A stretch of DNA of 58,979 nucleotides, from contig JAXGJB010000013.1 in assembly GCA_040770465.1 (NCBI GenBank), positions 1-58,979 of the forward strand, in the 5' to 3' direction. Of this stretch, positions 1 through 9,700 are shown piece after piece; within the stretch, counting starts at the first letter, position 1, and every line of letters starts with the position of its first letter. The translations under genes were made by a program, and so were the position numbers. Below the pieces are notes generated by a model. It did not search any database, was not told the origin of the DNA, and saw only the letters and a list, made by a program, of their open reading frames with translations. The stretch is from Methanothrix sp. Lineage in GTDB: Archaea > Halobacteriota > Methanosarcinia > Methanotrichales > Methanotrichaceae.

Positions 1-1
1 A

Positions 2-349
2 TCAGTAATAACACTCCCCAGCGGCCTCGTAGAGGGCCAGGACCTTCTTTCCGACCTCTCGGGAGACCCTCTCCTCAAGGAGCCTCGCCAGAATCTCGGC
101 GTGCTCGGGCTGGACGCAGCAAAGGTTCTCAGAGCCGTCCAGGATCACCTCCGTTAGGTACCTCAACTCGAAGATGTCCAGCCTCTTCAGCCTATCCTCG
201 AAGTCATCGTCGTCGAGGGCGTAGTGGTTGGAGACTGGAGGGAGGATCGACTGGTATTCAAACCCGGAGCCTGAGCAGGATGTGTCAGCGCATTCCGGAG
301 CGAGCTTCTTCAGAATTTCGATGTCCTTTTCCGATAGCGTCCTGGCCAT
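2..349 (-). CDS. conserved hypothetical protein (Cys-containing, methanogen-type)
   Basis: 115-aa ORF with normal codon use and CxxxxCSGSG and LCC motifs; function not recognised. Confidence 0.7.
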   Translation of the reverse strand: MARTLSEKDIEILKKLAPECADTSCSGSGFEYQSILPPVSNHYALDDDDFEDRLKRLDIFELRYLTEVILDGSENLCCVQPEHAEILARLLEERVSREVGKKVLALYEAAGECYY

Positions 350-360
350 ATTTGATCAGC

Positions 361-420
361 TCCTGGTGATAGAGTCCTGGTGATAGAGTCCTGGTGATAG
401 AGTCCTGGTGATAGAGTCCT
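361..420. repeat. 14-bp tandem repeat (TCCTGGTGATAGAG) x4 plus partial
   Basis: read directly; lies just upstream of the 349 start codon. Confidence 0.95.
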
Positions 421-539
421 AGGGGATGGAGGTCGGATGGGATTTCTCGCCGGTCTTGGCTTTCGATGGCATATTAACGACTGGATTATATGGATAATAT
501 GGATAATATGAATAATATGGACACATATAGACACGGCCC

Positions 540-1025
540 CTATTCCGGATCTGCCTCCAGGACTAGGACGGTGCCCTCCTCGGTGACCGCTACCTGGAGG
601 CCCCGGATGACGACCCGCTTCTTCAGGGCCTTCGGTGCCTTGCTCCTGATCTGGACGACGATGTCCACGGAGCCGACATCGAGCTTGATCCCGGACCTGT
701 CCGCTTCGGCGAAGACCAGAGCAGGGACCTCGAAGAGGTCGGTTCCGGCGGGGACGGTTATGGATACCGGGGCCTGGATCATCGTCCACTCCTTCAATGT
801 GGCCCTCGCCCGACCCACGTTCGCAAGAGCCCTCTTCTCCAGGATGCTGACGTTGGACCTGGTGGTCCCCAGAACCTCCGCCACCTCCTGCTGAGAAAGC
901 CCCTGGCGCCTCATCTTCAGGACCAAAGCCTGCCTCGACGTGAGGAGGCTCTCCGATCTGCCCGATTTCTCACCCATCTCTCGGCCCTCTTGGTCCTCTT
1001 GGTCCTCTTCGCCCCTTCTCTTCAT
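540..1025 (-). CDS. tfx: Tfx family DNA-binding protein
   Basis: LLTSRQALVLKMRRQGLSQQEVAEVLGTTRSNVSILEKRA HTH plus a Tfx-type C-terminal domain; true start may be ~15 codons downstream. Confidence 0.85.
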   Translation of the reverse strand: MKRRGEEDQEDQEGREMGEKSGRSESLLTSRQALVLKMRRQGLSQQEVAEVLGTTRSNVSILEKRALANVGRARATLKEWTMIQAPVSITVPAGTDLFEVPALVFAEADRSGIKLDVGSVDIVVQIRSKAPKALKKRVVIRGLQVAVTEEGTVLVLEADPE

Positions 1026-1166
1026 CCGTCGCCACCGATTGAAGATGATTCAAGATGATTCAATATGTAATTTGAGCCGGGAGGCTTTAAAGGTGGCGAA
1101 GACAAGTGTTTCGGGAACAGCGACTTCCCAAGGCCGCGGCCTTCCCTCGGCGGCCGATAGACGAAC

Positions 1167-2420
1167 TCAGAGCCGTCCCCGCGATCCCCACGAAAGGAGA
1201 CCTTTCGCCCTTCTGCCGAGGCTGCGGATTCTCTCGCAGGAGCTGGAGGCGGGCTCTCCAGGCCCCGTCCGGCGGGCCACCGCGACCCCTGCAACCCCCG
1301 CCACCTCCTCCAGGATGGAGAGGCGGGTCCTGTAGGCGGCGAGGACGAAGCCGTAGAGGGCGGGGCCCACGATCACCCCCATGACCCCGATGACGAAGAT
1401 GGGCGCGGCGAAGGCGAGGAGGGTCACTGCCGGATGGATCGCGGCCCCGGCCTTGGCGAGGGCAGGCCTCATGATGTTCTCGGGGAATATGTTCAGAAAG
1501 ACGGTCCCGAAGGCCAGAAGGGCTGCTGCTCTGATGTAGTCATGACTCCACACCAGGTAGTAGAGGGCCATGGGGACGAAGACGGCGCTCGTCCCGATCA
1601 GGGGCAACAGGGCGAATAAGGCGGTGACCATCCCCCAGAGGAAGGGGTAGGGCACGCCGATGAGAAGATACCCAAAGGCTGCGATCAGCCCCGTCAGAAG
1701 GCTGTTGATCAGGTAGACGTTGAAAAGGCTGTTGTATATGGAGTTCAGCTCAGAAAGGAATCGGCGGACGATCGCCTTCTCCGGCAGAAGCCTGAGAAAC
1801 TCCTCGGCAGACCCGGCCCCGTCCACCAGGAGGTAGTAGGTCAGGAGGATGGCCACGCCGAACTGGGCCATGAGGATCGGCAGGTTCTTGGCGATCCAGT
1901 CGGCGAGGTCCGTGACGATGCCCGCAAGCCTGGGGACGACCACCGGAGCGAGGAGGCTGGTTGGCGCCTCCAGAACCGACCCTATCTTCTCCTCGGACTT
2001 GTCGAGGACGCGGCTGATGTAGGGAGCGACGGCATTCGGGGCTCGCTCCTCGGCTAAGGCCCGGGTCTTGTCGAAGAAGTCTCCAGCGGTCTGGTCGCTG
2101 AACCGTCTCACCGTCTCGTCGATGGACTCCTGGGATAAAGAGAGGTCCATCACCTCCGTCGCCAGGGCGTTGATCACGCTCAGGACGAATACGAGGAAGA
2201 TCAGAAAGACGATGGATATCGAGAGGACGGCCGAAACCCGCCTCCTTTTGGTCAGGCAGAAGAGGCGCGAGTGGATCGGATGGAGGACATAGGCGAGAAA
2301 GAAGCTCAAGAGGATCGTGGTTATGAAGTCTCGGGTGACGTACACTACCCCAACCGCTGCTGCGGCCAAGACCGCCCCCGCCATCCAGTAGAAACGGTTC
2401 TTCGATTCCATGCTCTGCAC
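1167..2420 (-). CDS. AI-2E family (PerM/UPF0118) membrane transporter
   Basis: multi-TM; LAYVLHP, LLPLIGT, ENIMRP, IHP and GVIVGP motifs. Confidence 0.85.
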   Translation of the reverse strand: MQSMESKNRFYWMAGAVLAAAAVGVVYVTRDFITTILLSFFLAYVLHPIHSRLFCLTKRRRVSAVLSISIVFLIFLVFVLSVINALATEVMDLSLSQESIDETVRRFSDQTAGDFFDKTRALAEERAPNAVAPYISRVLDKSEEKIGSVLEAPTSLLAPVVVPRLAGIVTDLADWIAKNLPILMAQFGVAILLTYYLLVDGAGSAEEFLRLLPEKAIVRRFLSELNSIYNSLFNVYLINSLLTGLIAAFGYLLIGVPYPFLWGMVTALFALLPLIGTSAVFVPMALYYLVWSHDYIRAAALLAFGTVFLNIFPENIMRPALAKAGAAIHPAVTLLAFAAPIFVIGVMGVIVGPALYGFVLAAYRTRLSILEEVAGVAGVAVARRTGPGEPASSSCERIRSLGRRAKGLLSWGSRGRL

Positions 2421-2500
2421 TTTTTGTTAAACTGTAAATATATAGATCTTTCCGCTTGGCGCTTGACGGGAGGCCCGAGGCGTTCAGGCCTTCAAAGCCT

Positions 2501-3226
2501 TTAAAGACCCAGATCCGTCCTCTTCACCCCGTCCAGGACGGCCCCATCAAGCCTTGCGGACCCGAGGTCGGCTCCGGATATATCGGCGCCGGTCAGGTCG
2601 GCTCCCGAAAGGTCCACCCCCGTCAGGTCTGCGCCGCTGAGATCTGCCTCTGCGAGCTTTGCTCCGGCCATGACAGCCAAACCGAGCTTCGAGCGGACCA
2701 GCTTCGCTCCCGAAAGGTCCGCCCCCGTCAGGTCGGCCCCGGCGAGCTTCGCCATCCTGAGGTCTGTCCACCTCATCTTCGCCTCCCTGAGGTCGGCTCC
2801 CCTGAGGTCTGCTCCGGTCAACGTCGCCCCGCTCAGATCGGCGCCCGCCAGAGAGAGATGACTCAGATCCTGCCCTTTCAGCTCGGCCCTGACCAGCTTC
2901 GCCCCCCGGAGGTCTGCTCTCGCCAGGCTTGCGCCCTGAAACTTCGCCTCGCTGAGATCTGCGCCCGCAAGCTTTGCTCCCGTGAGGTCGGCGCCCACCA
3001 GCTTTGCTCTGCCCAGATCGACCCCCGAAAGACCCGTCCCCCTCAAGATGGCGCCCATGAGGTTCGCACCCTGGAGGTTTGCGCCCTCGAGATCCTTATG
3101 GCTCAGGTCTTCTCCCCGGAAATCGGGCCTCATCTGGGGATTATCAGCCCTCCATCGGTTCCAGGCGAGAGAGCCCCCTTCGAGGGCCAGGACTTGTTCT
3201 CTATTTGCCATGAAAGCGATCTCCAT
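2501..3226 (-). CDS. pentapeptide repeat protein
   Basis: long run of A(D/K)Lxx repeats after a WNRWR N-terminal cap. Confidence 0.93.
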   Translation of the reverse strand: MEIAFMANREQVLALEGGSLAWNRWRADNPQMRPDFRGEDLSHKDLEGANLQGANLMGAILRGTGLSGVDLGRAKLVGADLTGAKLAGADLSEAKFQGASLARADLRGAKLVRAELKGQDLSHLSLAGADLSGATLTGADLRGADLREAKMRWTDLRMAKLAGADLTGADLSGAKLVRSKLGLAVMAGAKLAEADLSGADLTGVDLSGADLTGADISGADLGSARLDGAVLDGVKRTDLGL

Positions 3227-3324
3227 CCCTTTGAAGGATCACATGATAGGGGCAACAAGTTAAAAAGGTGATCTGGCCACAGCCCTGAAGTGCTCTGTCA
3301 GATCTGCCCGCCAGTGAGGGTGGT

Positions 3325-4053
3325 TCACCACCCTGGCCTTCCCCTGACGAAACGGGCCACCTCTTCTGACCGGGGTCTCTCGAAGATCTCCTCGGGCAAG
3401 CCCATGCAGACCAGCTCGCCCCCGATGATGACGCCGATCCTGTCGGCGAGGCGCCTCGCCTGCTCCAGGTCGTGGGTCGCCATAACCACCGTCCGTCCCC
3501 CGTCCGCCATCTTCTGGATCAGATCCTCGATCTTCTCGGCCGTCCTGGGGTCGAGGTTCGCCGTCGCCTCGTCCAGGAGGATGAGTTCGGGATCTGTCAC
3601 CAGAGCCCTCGCCAGAGCCACCCTCTGGGCCTCTCCGCCGGAGAGGCTCGTGCCCCACCTCTTCTCGTAGCCAAAGAGGCCCACCTCCCGAAGTGCGGAC
3701 CTCGTCCGATCCCCGGCAGCGGAGCCGGATATCCCCCTCACTCTGAGGCCGTAAGAGACGTTCTTCTCGACGGAGGCGTTGAAGATGGTGGGCTTCTGAA
3801 AGACCATCGCCATCCTCCTCCTGGCGGAGAACCGGGCCTTCTCGTCATGGGATACGTCGATCCCGTCGAAGAGGATACGTCCCCCATCGGGACGGTCGAT
3901 GAGGTTGAGGACCCGGATGAGGGTGGTCTTGCCGGAGCCGGTGGGGCCGATGACGGCGAGGATCTCGCCGAGATCCGCTTTGAGGGATACACCTTTGAGA
4001 ATCTCGGCCCCGCCTCTCGTCGCCCCAACTCCCCTCGCCTCGATCATGACCAC
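3325..4053 (-). CDS. tupC: tungstate ABC transporter ATP-binding subunit
   Basis: Walker A GPTGSGKT, LSGGEAQR signature, LLDE; third gene of the tup-like operon. Confidence 0.8.
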   Translation of the reverse strand: MVMIEARGVGATRGGAEILKGVSLKADLGEILAVIGPTGSGKTTLIRVLNLIDRPDGGRILFDGIDVSHDEKARFSARRRMAMVFQKPTIFNASVEKNVSYGLRVRGISGSAAGDRTRSALREVGLFGYEKRWGTSLSGGEAQRVALARALVTDPELILLDEATANLDPRTAEKIEDLIQKMADGGRTVVMATHDLEQARRLADRIGVIIGGELVCMGLPEEIFERPRSEEVARFVRGRPGW

Positions 4054-4748
4054 CAGTTCCCCTGGACCCTGTTGATGAGCAGGTTCACCACCAGGGATAT
4101 GGAGATGAGGATGATCCCCAGGGCCATCGAGAACTCGATGTCGCCCCGGGAGGTCTCAAGGGCGATCGCCGTCGTCAGAACCCTGGTGTACCCCCGGATA
4201 TTCCCTCCGATCATCATCGCCACTCCCACCTCCGAGAGGGCCCTGCCGAATCCCAGGAGGACCGCCGCCATCATTGCGGCCCTCGCATCCGCCATGATGG
4301 TGAAGATAGCCTGAAACCTCGATGCTCCCAGGGATATGGCAGTATCCCGGACCTGGGTCCCGACGCCGCTTAAGGCGGCGATGGTGAGGCCGATCATGAT
4401 GGGCGAGATGAGGATCGTCTGGCCGATCACCATCCCCCCCGGGGTGAAGAGGAGGCGGAGGTCGCCGAGGGGTCCTGACCTTGAGAGGAGGAGAAAGACG
4501 ACCAGGCCGACAGTGACCGTCGGAAGGCTGTAGAGGGTCTGGATCAGGTTGACGACGGCCCGTTTCCCCCTAAAATTGTGGAAGTGGATGAGGCCGCCGA
4601 TGGGGACCGTCAGGATGGCGGCGATGGCCGTCGATGTAATGGCTATGGCGAGAGACCTTGCCGTTATCTCCACGACCGCCGGGTCGAGAGCCAGGATCAG
4701 CTCCACCGCCCTTACAAGCCCCGCCGCGATCTCATCCAAGGGATTCAC
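4044..4748 (-). CDS. tupB: tungstate ABC transporter permease
   Basis: LLSRSGPLG, FGRALSEVG, GGNIRGYTRVLTTAIALET motifs typical of TupB. Confidence 0.85.
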   Translation of the reverse strand: MNPLDEIAAGLVRAVELILALDPAVVEITARSLAIAITSTAIAAILTVPIGGLIHFHNFRGKRAVVNLIQTLYSLPTVTVGLVVFLLLSRSGPLGDLRLLFTPGGMVIGQTILISPIMIGLTIAALSGVGTQVRDTAISLGASRFQAIFTIMADARAAMMAAVLLGFGRALSEVGVAMMIGGNIRGYTRVLTTAIALETSRGDIEFSMALGIILISISLVVNLLINRVQGNWWS

Positions 4749-4808
4749 CAGATTATTTCACTTATACTTCCGATCCTCAATCCACATCTCAAATCTCAAA
4801 TCTCTTGC

Positions 4809-5759
4809 TCATGCCTCTGCCAGGCTGCAGTAGTCCTCGGAAAGGGGCGCTGCGCATTCGTCACCAACGCATCCGATCTGTTCGCAGTTGCCCCTGGCTG
4901 GGTTGAAGAGTGGCTTTCCGATGGTCTCGGTCCCGTACACTTCTATCAGGTCCTGGCCCTCGTCGGAGACGAGGTAGTTGACGAAGTTCTTGGCCATCTC
5001 ACAGTTTGTATCGGGGTAGACGGCGGGGCATACGGGTATGGCGGCGTAGACGTTGAGGAGGAACTCGTCGCTCTCGATCAGAGGGACGAGGTCCAGCTCG
5101 CTCCTGAAGGCAGCGAAGGTGGAGGTGTCGCAGAGGGTGTATCCTTCCAATTCGTCTGTCATCAGCAGGGTCGGGCCCATCCCCTGGCCTGCTTCGACGT
5201 ACCAGGCTCCGGAGGCTGCGACCTCGGTGTAGTTGAGGCCAGCTCTATCCCAGAGGAGCTTCTCCCTGGCGTGGGTTCCCGAGTCGTCGCCCCGGGATAC
5301 GAACTTCACCAGATCGGGGTTCTCCATGCCCACCTCCATGATCGTCTTCATAGCGTCGGAGGCGTTCATCCCTCTGATCCCGGCGGGATCGTCCTCGGGT
5401 CCGACGATGATGAAGTAGTTGTAGGCAAAGCAGGTCCGTGAGAGGCCGTACCCCTCCTCGATGAACTTTCTCTCCCTCACCACGTCGTGGACCAGGATCA
5501 GGTCGGCGTCGCCCTTCTCGGCCCGCTCGATCGCGATCCCCGTCCCACCGGAGACGGTCCGGACGTCGACGTCGTACATCCCCTCGAAGATCTCCTCCAT
5601 CTCGTCGAGGAGACCGGTGTCATAGAGGCTGGTGGTCGTCGAGATGCGGAGAACCTCTTCGTCCTGTCCTTCTTCGGCCTCGTCGTCTGCAGCCGCGGCG
5701 GTGCAGAGGAGGGCCAGAATCAGGGCCAATCCCGTTATTCCACGATATATTCCGTTCAT
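4809..5759 (-). CDS. tupA: tungstate ABC transporter substrate-binding protein
   Basis: signal peptide, TTTS motif (STTTSLYDTGLLD), FVSRGDDSGTH. Confidence 0.88.
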   Translation of the reverse strand: MNGIYRGITGLALILALLCTAAAADDEAEEGQDEEVLRISTTTSLYDTGLLDEMEEIFEGMYDVDVRTVSGGTGIAIERAEKGDADLILVHDVVRERKFIEEGYGLSRTCFAYNYFIIVGPEDDPAGIRGMNASDAMKTIMEVGMENPDLVKFVSRGDDSGTHAREKLLWDRAGLNYTEVAASGAWYVEAGQGMGPTLLMTDELEGYTLCDTSTFAAFRSELDLVPLIESDEFLLNVYAAIPVCPAVYPDTNCEMAKNFVNYLVSDEGQDLIEVYGTETIGKPLFNPARGNCEQIGCVGDECAAPLSEDYCSLAEA

Positions 5760-5978
5760 AATGATCAGCTGGTTGAATGAAGATGATTACTATTAAAGGC
5801 TATGTTAACATCTTCCAAATGAGAGGGCGGATCCATTAAATCCGACGGTTGTCAATTTCGGATCGAATATTGCGGTAGGAGCAGACTAGAATCGGAATAT
5901 AAGCTCGTGGGATTTTAGACCACATAACAGACCACATATCATCCCAGTTGTGCAAGTGGTGCTGGGTCGTGAAGGGAG

Positions 5979-6266
5979 GGAGCAAACTCCGAGGAGATCG
6001 TGGTGACGATCGATCGATGCCCCTCGGGACCCCATCCTGCAGGAGAAACGACGAGCTGGAGAGACCGACGGATGAAGATGGCAGGCTCCCTCCGGCAGAG
6101 AAAGGTGGTGAAAGATGGCCCTTCCCTGGTGAGGGGAAGGTGCAACCTCATAGGCGAAGAATAGGCAGAGGTGGAAAGACCGTCGCCCGAGAGGGTCCCC
6201 ATCTCCCTCTGCAGGTGCGGGAGATCTGAGAAGAAGACCCTGTGCGACGGGAGCCACAGAGGCTGA
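5979..6266 (+). pseudogene. degraded YjdI-like Fe-S + CDGSH iron-sulfur domain gene with an in-frame TAG
   Basis: one frame reads ..EEIVVTIDRCPSG..KDGPSLVRG..EE*(6162-6164)..LCRCGRSEKKTLCDGSHRG*; no clear start; not in the ORF track. Confidence 0.7.
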
Positions 6267-6756
6267 GAGATCCTTCAATTTAAGTTCCCGGAGTCCAGCG
6301 ATTCATTTGGAGGATCGAATGGATAGCCGATGGTGCCACGACGAGATTTTTGCTTGCAACAAGTAATCGATCCCCCTTCAAATAATGATGATTTACATTT
6401 AAATGTCTTTTTGTTGATTTAAGACAAAAAAGTTTAACTACAATAAACCGTCCATGCACAAATTAATTTGAGTTTAGTAAATTTGATTTGGGTGGAGGAG
6501 TTTAAGCTGATGAAAAGCGCGTTCATAAGGAACTCTTACGAAGCTTCTGACCAATCGTTTCTAGGGGGCACCACATCTTTTGAGAAGATTCGTCTTGATG
6601 GTTTTGCCGTGGTTGAAGGAGGTGATGGACCCATCATTGCACTTATTCTGAGAGATAAAAGCCGCAAAGATGAGGCGAATATACCCGATACCAGTCGATT
6701 CCGAATCGTTTCCTGCGACCTGAGTTCCATCAAATACGCTTGGGGTTGAGATCGAG

Positions 6757-9700
6757 ATGAAATCGATTTTGAGACCTCTGGGGCTTGGCCTAGTCATCAT
6801 GCTCTTCGTTGCCGGGGCCGGGGTGGCTCAGGACTTCCCCCTGGCGAGGGATGATCCCGTCATCAGGAACGCTGTCAGCTACCTTTTATCGTGCCAGAAC
6901 GAGGACGGCGGGTTCGGAAACGAGCCTGAAGCCGGGGCGAGCAGCATCGTCACGACCGCCGATGCCGCCTGTGCCCTCGCCTCCACCGGCGACCTCGGCC
7001 GCGCCAGAGAGGGCGGCAAGACCCCCCTCGACTACCTGGTCGCAAACCCGCCCGACGAGAACGCCACCGGCGGGAGCATCGGTCGGTACGTGATGGGAAT
7101 CGTCGCTGCCGGGGGAGACCCCCGAGACGTATCGGGGACCGACTACGTGGAGCGGCTGAAAGATCTCGCAAAGCCGCCTCGCGGCGAGGAGAACCTCTTC
7201 TCCGAGTCCTACATCCTCCTGGGGCTTGCCGCAGCAGGCGAGTCCGGGTCAGCGGAGGCACAGGCCTTCGTCACCTACCTGAGAGGCAAGAGCTCTCCCA
7301 GCGGCGGCTGGGGGTGGGGCGGCGGGGCCCCCCCGGACCTGGACACCACCGGGATCGCCACAATCGCCCTCCTGGCAGCGGGTGAGGACCCAAACTCGCC
7401 GTTGATCCAGGACGCGATCGCTTACATCAGGAGCCAGCAGAGCGATGACGGCGGCTTCGTCTCCTCAGGGATGAGCGCCGACTCCAACTCCATCAGCGAC
7501 GGCTGGGCGATGATGGCCTCAAACGCCGCCGGCGTCAACCCCGCTGAATGGCGGAAGGGGACAGCGACCCCCGCCTCCCACCTTCTGAGCTGCCAGCAGG
7601 AGAGCGGCGTCTTCTGGTGGAAGCCCGATTCCCAGGGTGGCACCGGGTTTCTCGTCGAGGAGACCTCCTTCAGCATCATCGCCCTCTTGGGCAATAGCAT
7701 CCCCATCACCGCCGCCGCGCCCCGTGAAGAAGGAGAGGGCGCCACCGTCACCGTCACCGTCCTCGGGGACGGCGACCTCCTCTTCAGCCGCGACCTAGAG
7801 GTCGAGGCCGAGAGCTTTGTAAAAGATGGCTTTGAGGTCAATAACCCCACAGTCCTGGGGGCGCTCGCGGCGACGGGGCTCACCTATTCCCTCGACGACC
7901 CCGAGGGGAAGGGAAGCCCTGCCGTCTCTGACCTGGAGGGGTATGGGGCTCCCATCTACTTCGTCGACGGGGTGAGACAAAACGACCCCATCGGCGAGCA
8001 GAACCTGACGGGCGACGAGTGCGTAGTGATAAGCGCTCCATCCACTGTTCTGCCGCTCCGAATTACCGCGCCGGAAGAAGTCGTGGAAGGGACGGCTTTC
8101 ACCATCGAGGTCGCCTCAGAGGATCTGGATGATCGGGGTCTCATCGTATCAGCCGAGGTGGAGGGAGCGACGGTAACGCTGAAGTCGGCCACCTTCTTCG
8201 CCGATTTCACCACTGACAACGATGGCAAAACCCCTGAGATCACCCTCAACGAGACAGGTGAGTACTGGGTCGAGGCCAAAAAAGATGGATACATTTCCAC
8301 ATTTTATCTGAACTGCGAGTACCAGGTCATAGACTGCCTGAGTCGCGAGACTGTTACAACCACCATTCACGTTCTAAGTTACGGAAACCCGGTCTTCAGC
8401 GGCGAGGTAGAGGTGCCGGCCGCCAAGTTCCAGAAAGACGGTATCTGGATCGACAACCCGTCTGCTTTGGGTGCTTTAGAGGAAACTGGGGTTGATTATT
8501 CCATAACGGATTACGGTTGGGGTGTCGCAGTGACAGCCCTAGCGGGTGTTAATGGATGGCCTGCATTTTACGCCCAAGGTAGCATGTCCTCGTTGGGGTT
8601 TGCCAGCTACAGCCTCACCGGAGGAGAGTGGCTTGCAGTCACTATTCCAGATATCCAAACTGTACCAGTGCTCTTCATGAGTGTTCCCAGCGATGTTGAA
8701 GTTGGGACGCCCTTCTATATCACGGTTGAAGAAGAGTATTATGGTGCTGGATATGCGGTTTTAAGGAGACCTTCTGTAGGTGCGAAAGCCATCATTGAAG
8801 GTGCCGGCACTTACGTCACCAATGCGACTGGAGTCGCCTCAGTAACGCTCAATGAGGCTGGCGAGTACAAAGCGAAGGCTGAAAAAAGTGGTTGCGTTGG
8901 AACGTATTACATAGTTCCTGGAGGCTACCACATCATAACTGCAACCGGCGAAATCAGCGGCGAACTGATCGTTACAAAGAGAGCATCGAGGGACTCTGCA
9001 AAGCCTGGCGAAAAACTGAGCTATCTAATAAAGATTTGCAACGACGGTGACGAAACATTGACTGATGTCAATGTAACGGATGTCCTTCAGAGTGGTTCAA
9101 CTTTATCTCTAGTCTATATTGATTGGATGGGGGTTTATGTACCGGAGACCAACCCCGCCCCAGATAAAATTGTTGGAAATGAGCTTGAGTGGAACTTCGA
9201 TAAGATAGAACCCGGCGATTGCAAAGATATCATCCTGGTGGTGAATGTTTCTAAGGATAGGCCCTCAGGCTATGAGCTTGAGAACTGCGTCGACTTAGAG
9301 GCCCTCAACCAATCCCAAGCTCGGATCACTGCTACAGACTGCGATGATGTCTTCATCGGCGAAAGAAGCCCTCTCGTCGTCACCAAGACCGCCGACAAAA
9401 AATCTGCAGAGCGGGGCAAGAAGGTCAAATACACAATAGAGGTATGCAACAATTACCCCGATGTCATGTACGACGTGAAGGTAAAAGACGTATTCAGTCA
9501 TTATGTGGAGTTCGTCTTTGCAGATCCAGCACCCACCCAGGAATACGGCGAGGGAGATCGTCTCAGTGATGTCGCCTGGACCTTTAGTTCGATCGAACCC
9601 GATACTTGTGAGGAGATTACTTTAGAAGTGCTCGTACCCGAGATGCAGGACTTCGAGTTCGGGATGGAGCAGAGCGTGATGGGCGAGGGATTCGTCAATG

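Noticed and set aside
6468-6749. 93-aa ORF upstream of the giant surface protein
   Set aside because: TTG start, atypical composition and no recognisable motif; may be UTR or a remnant
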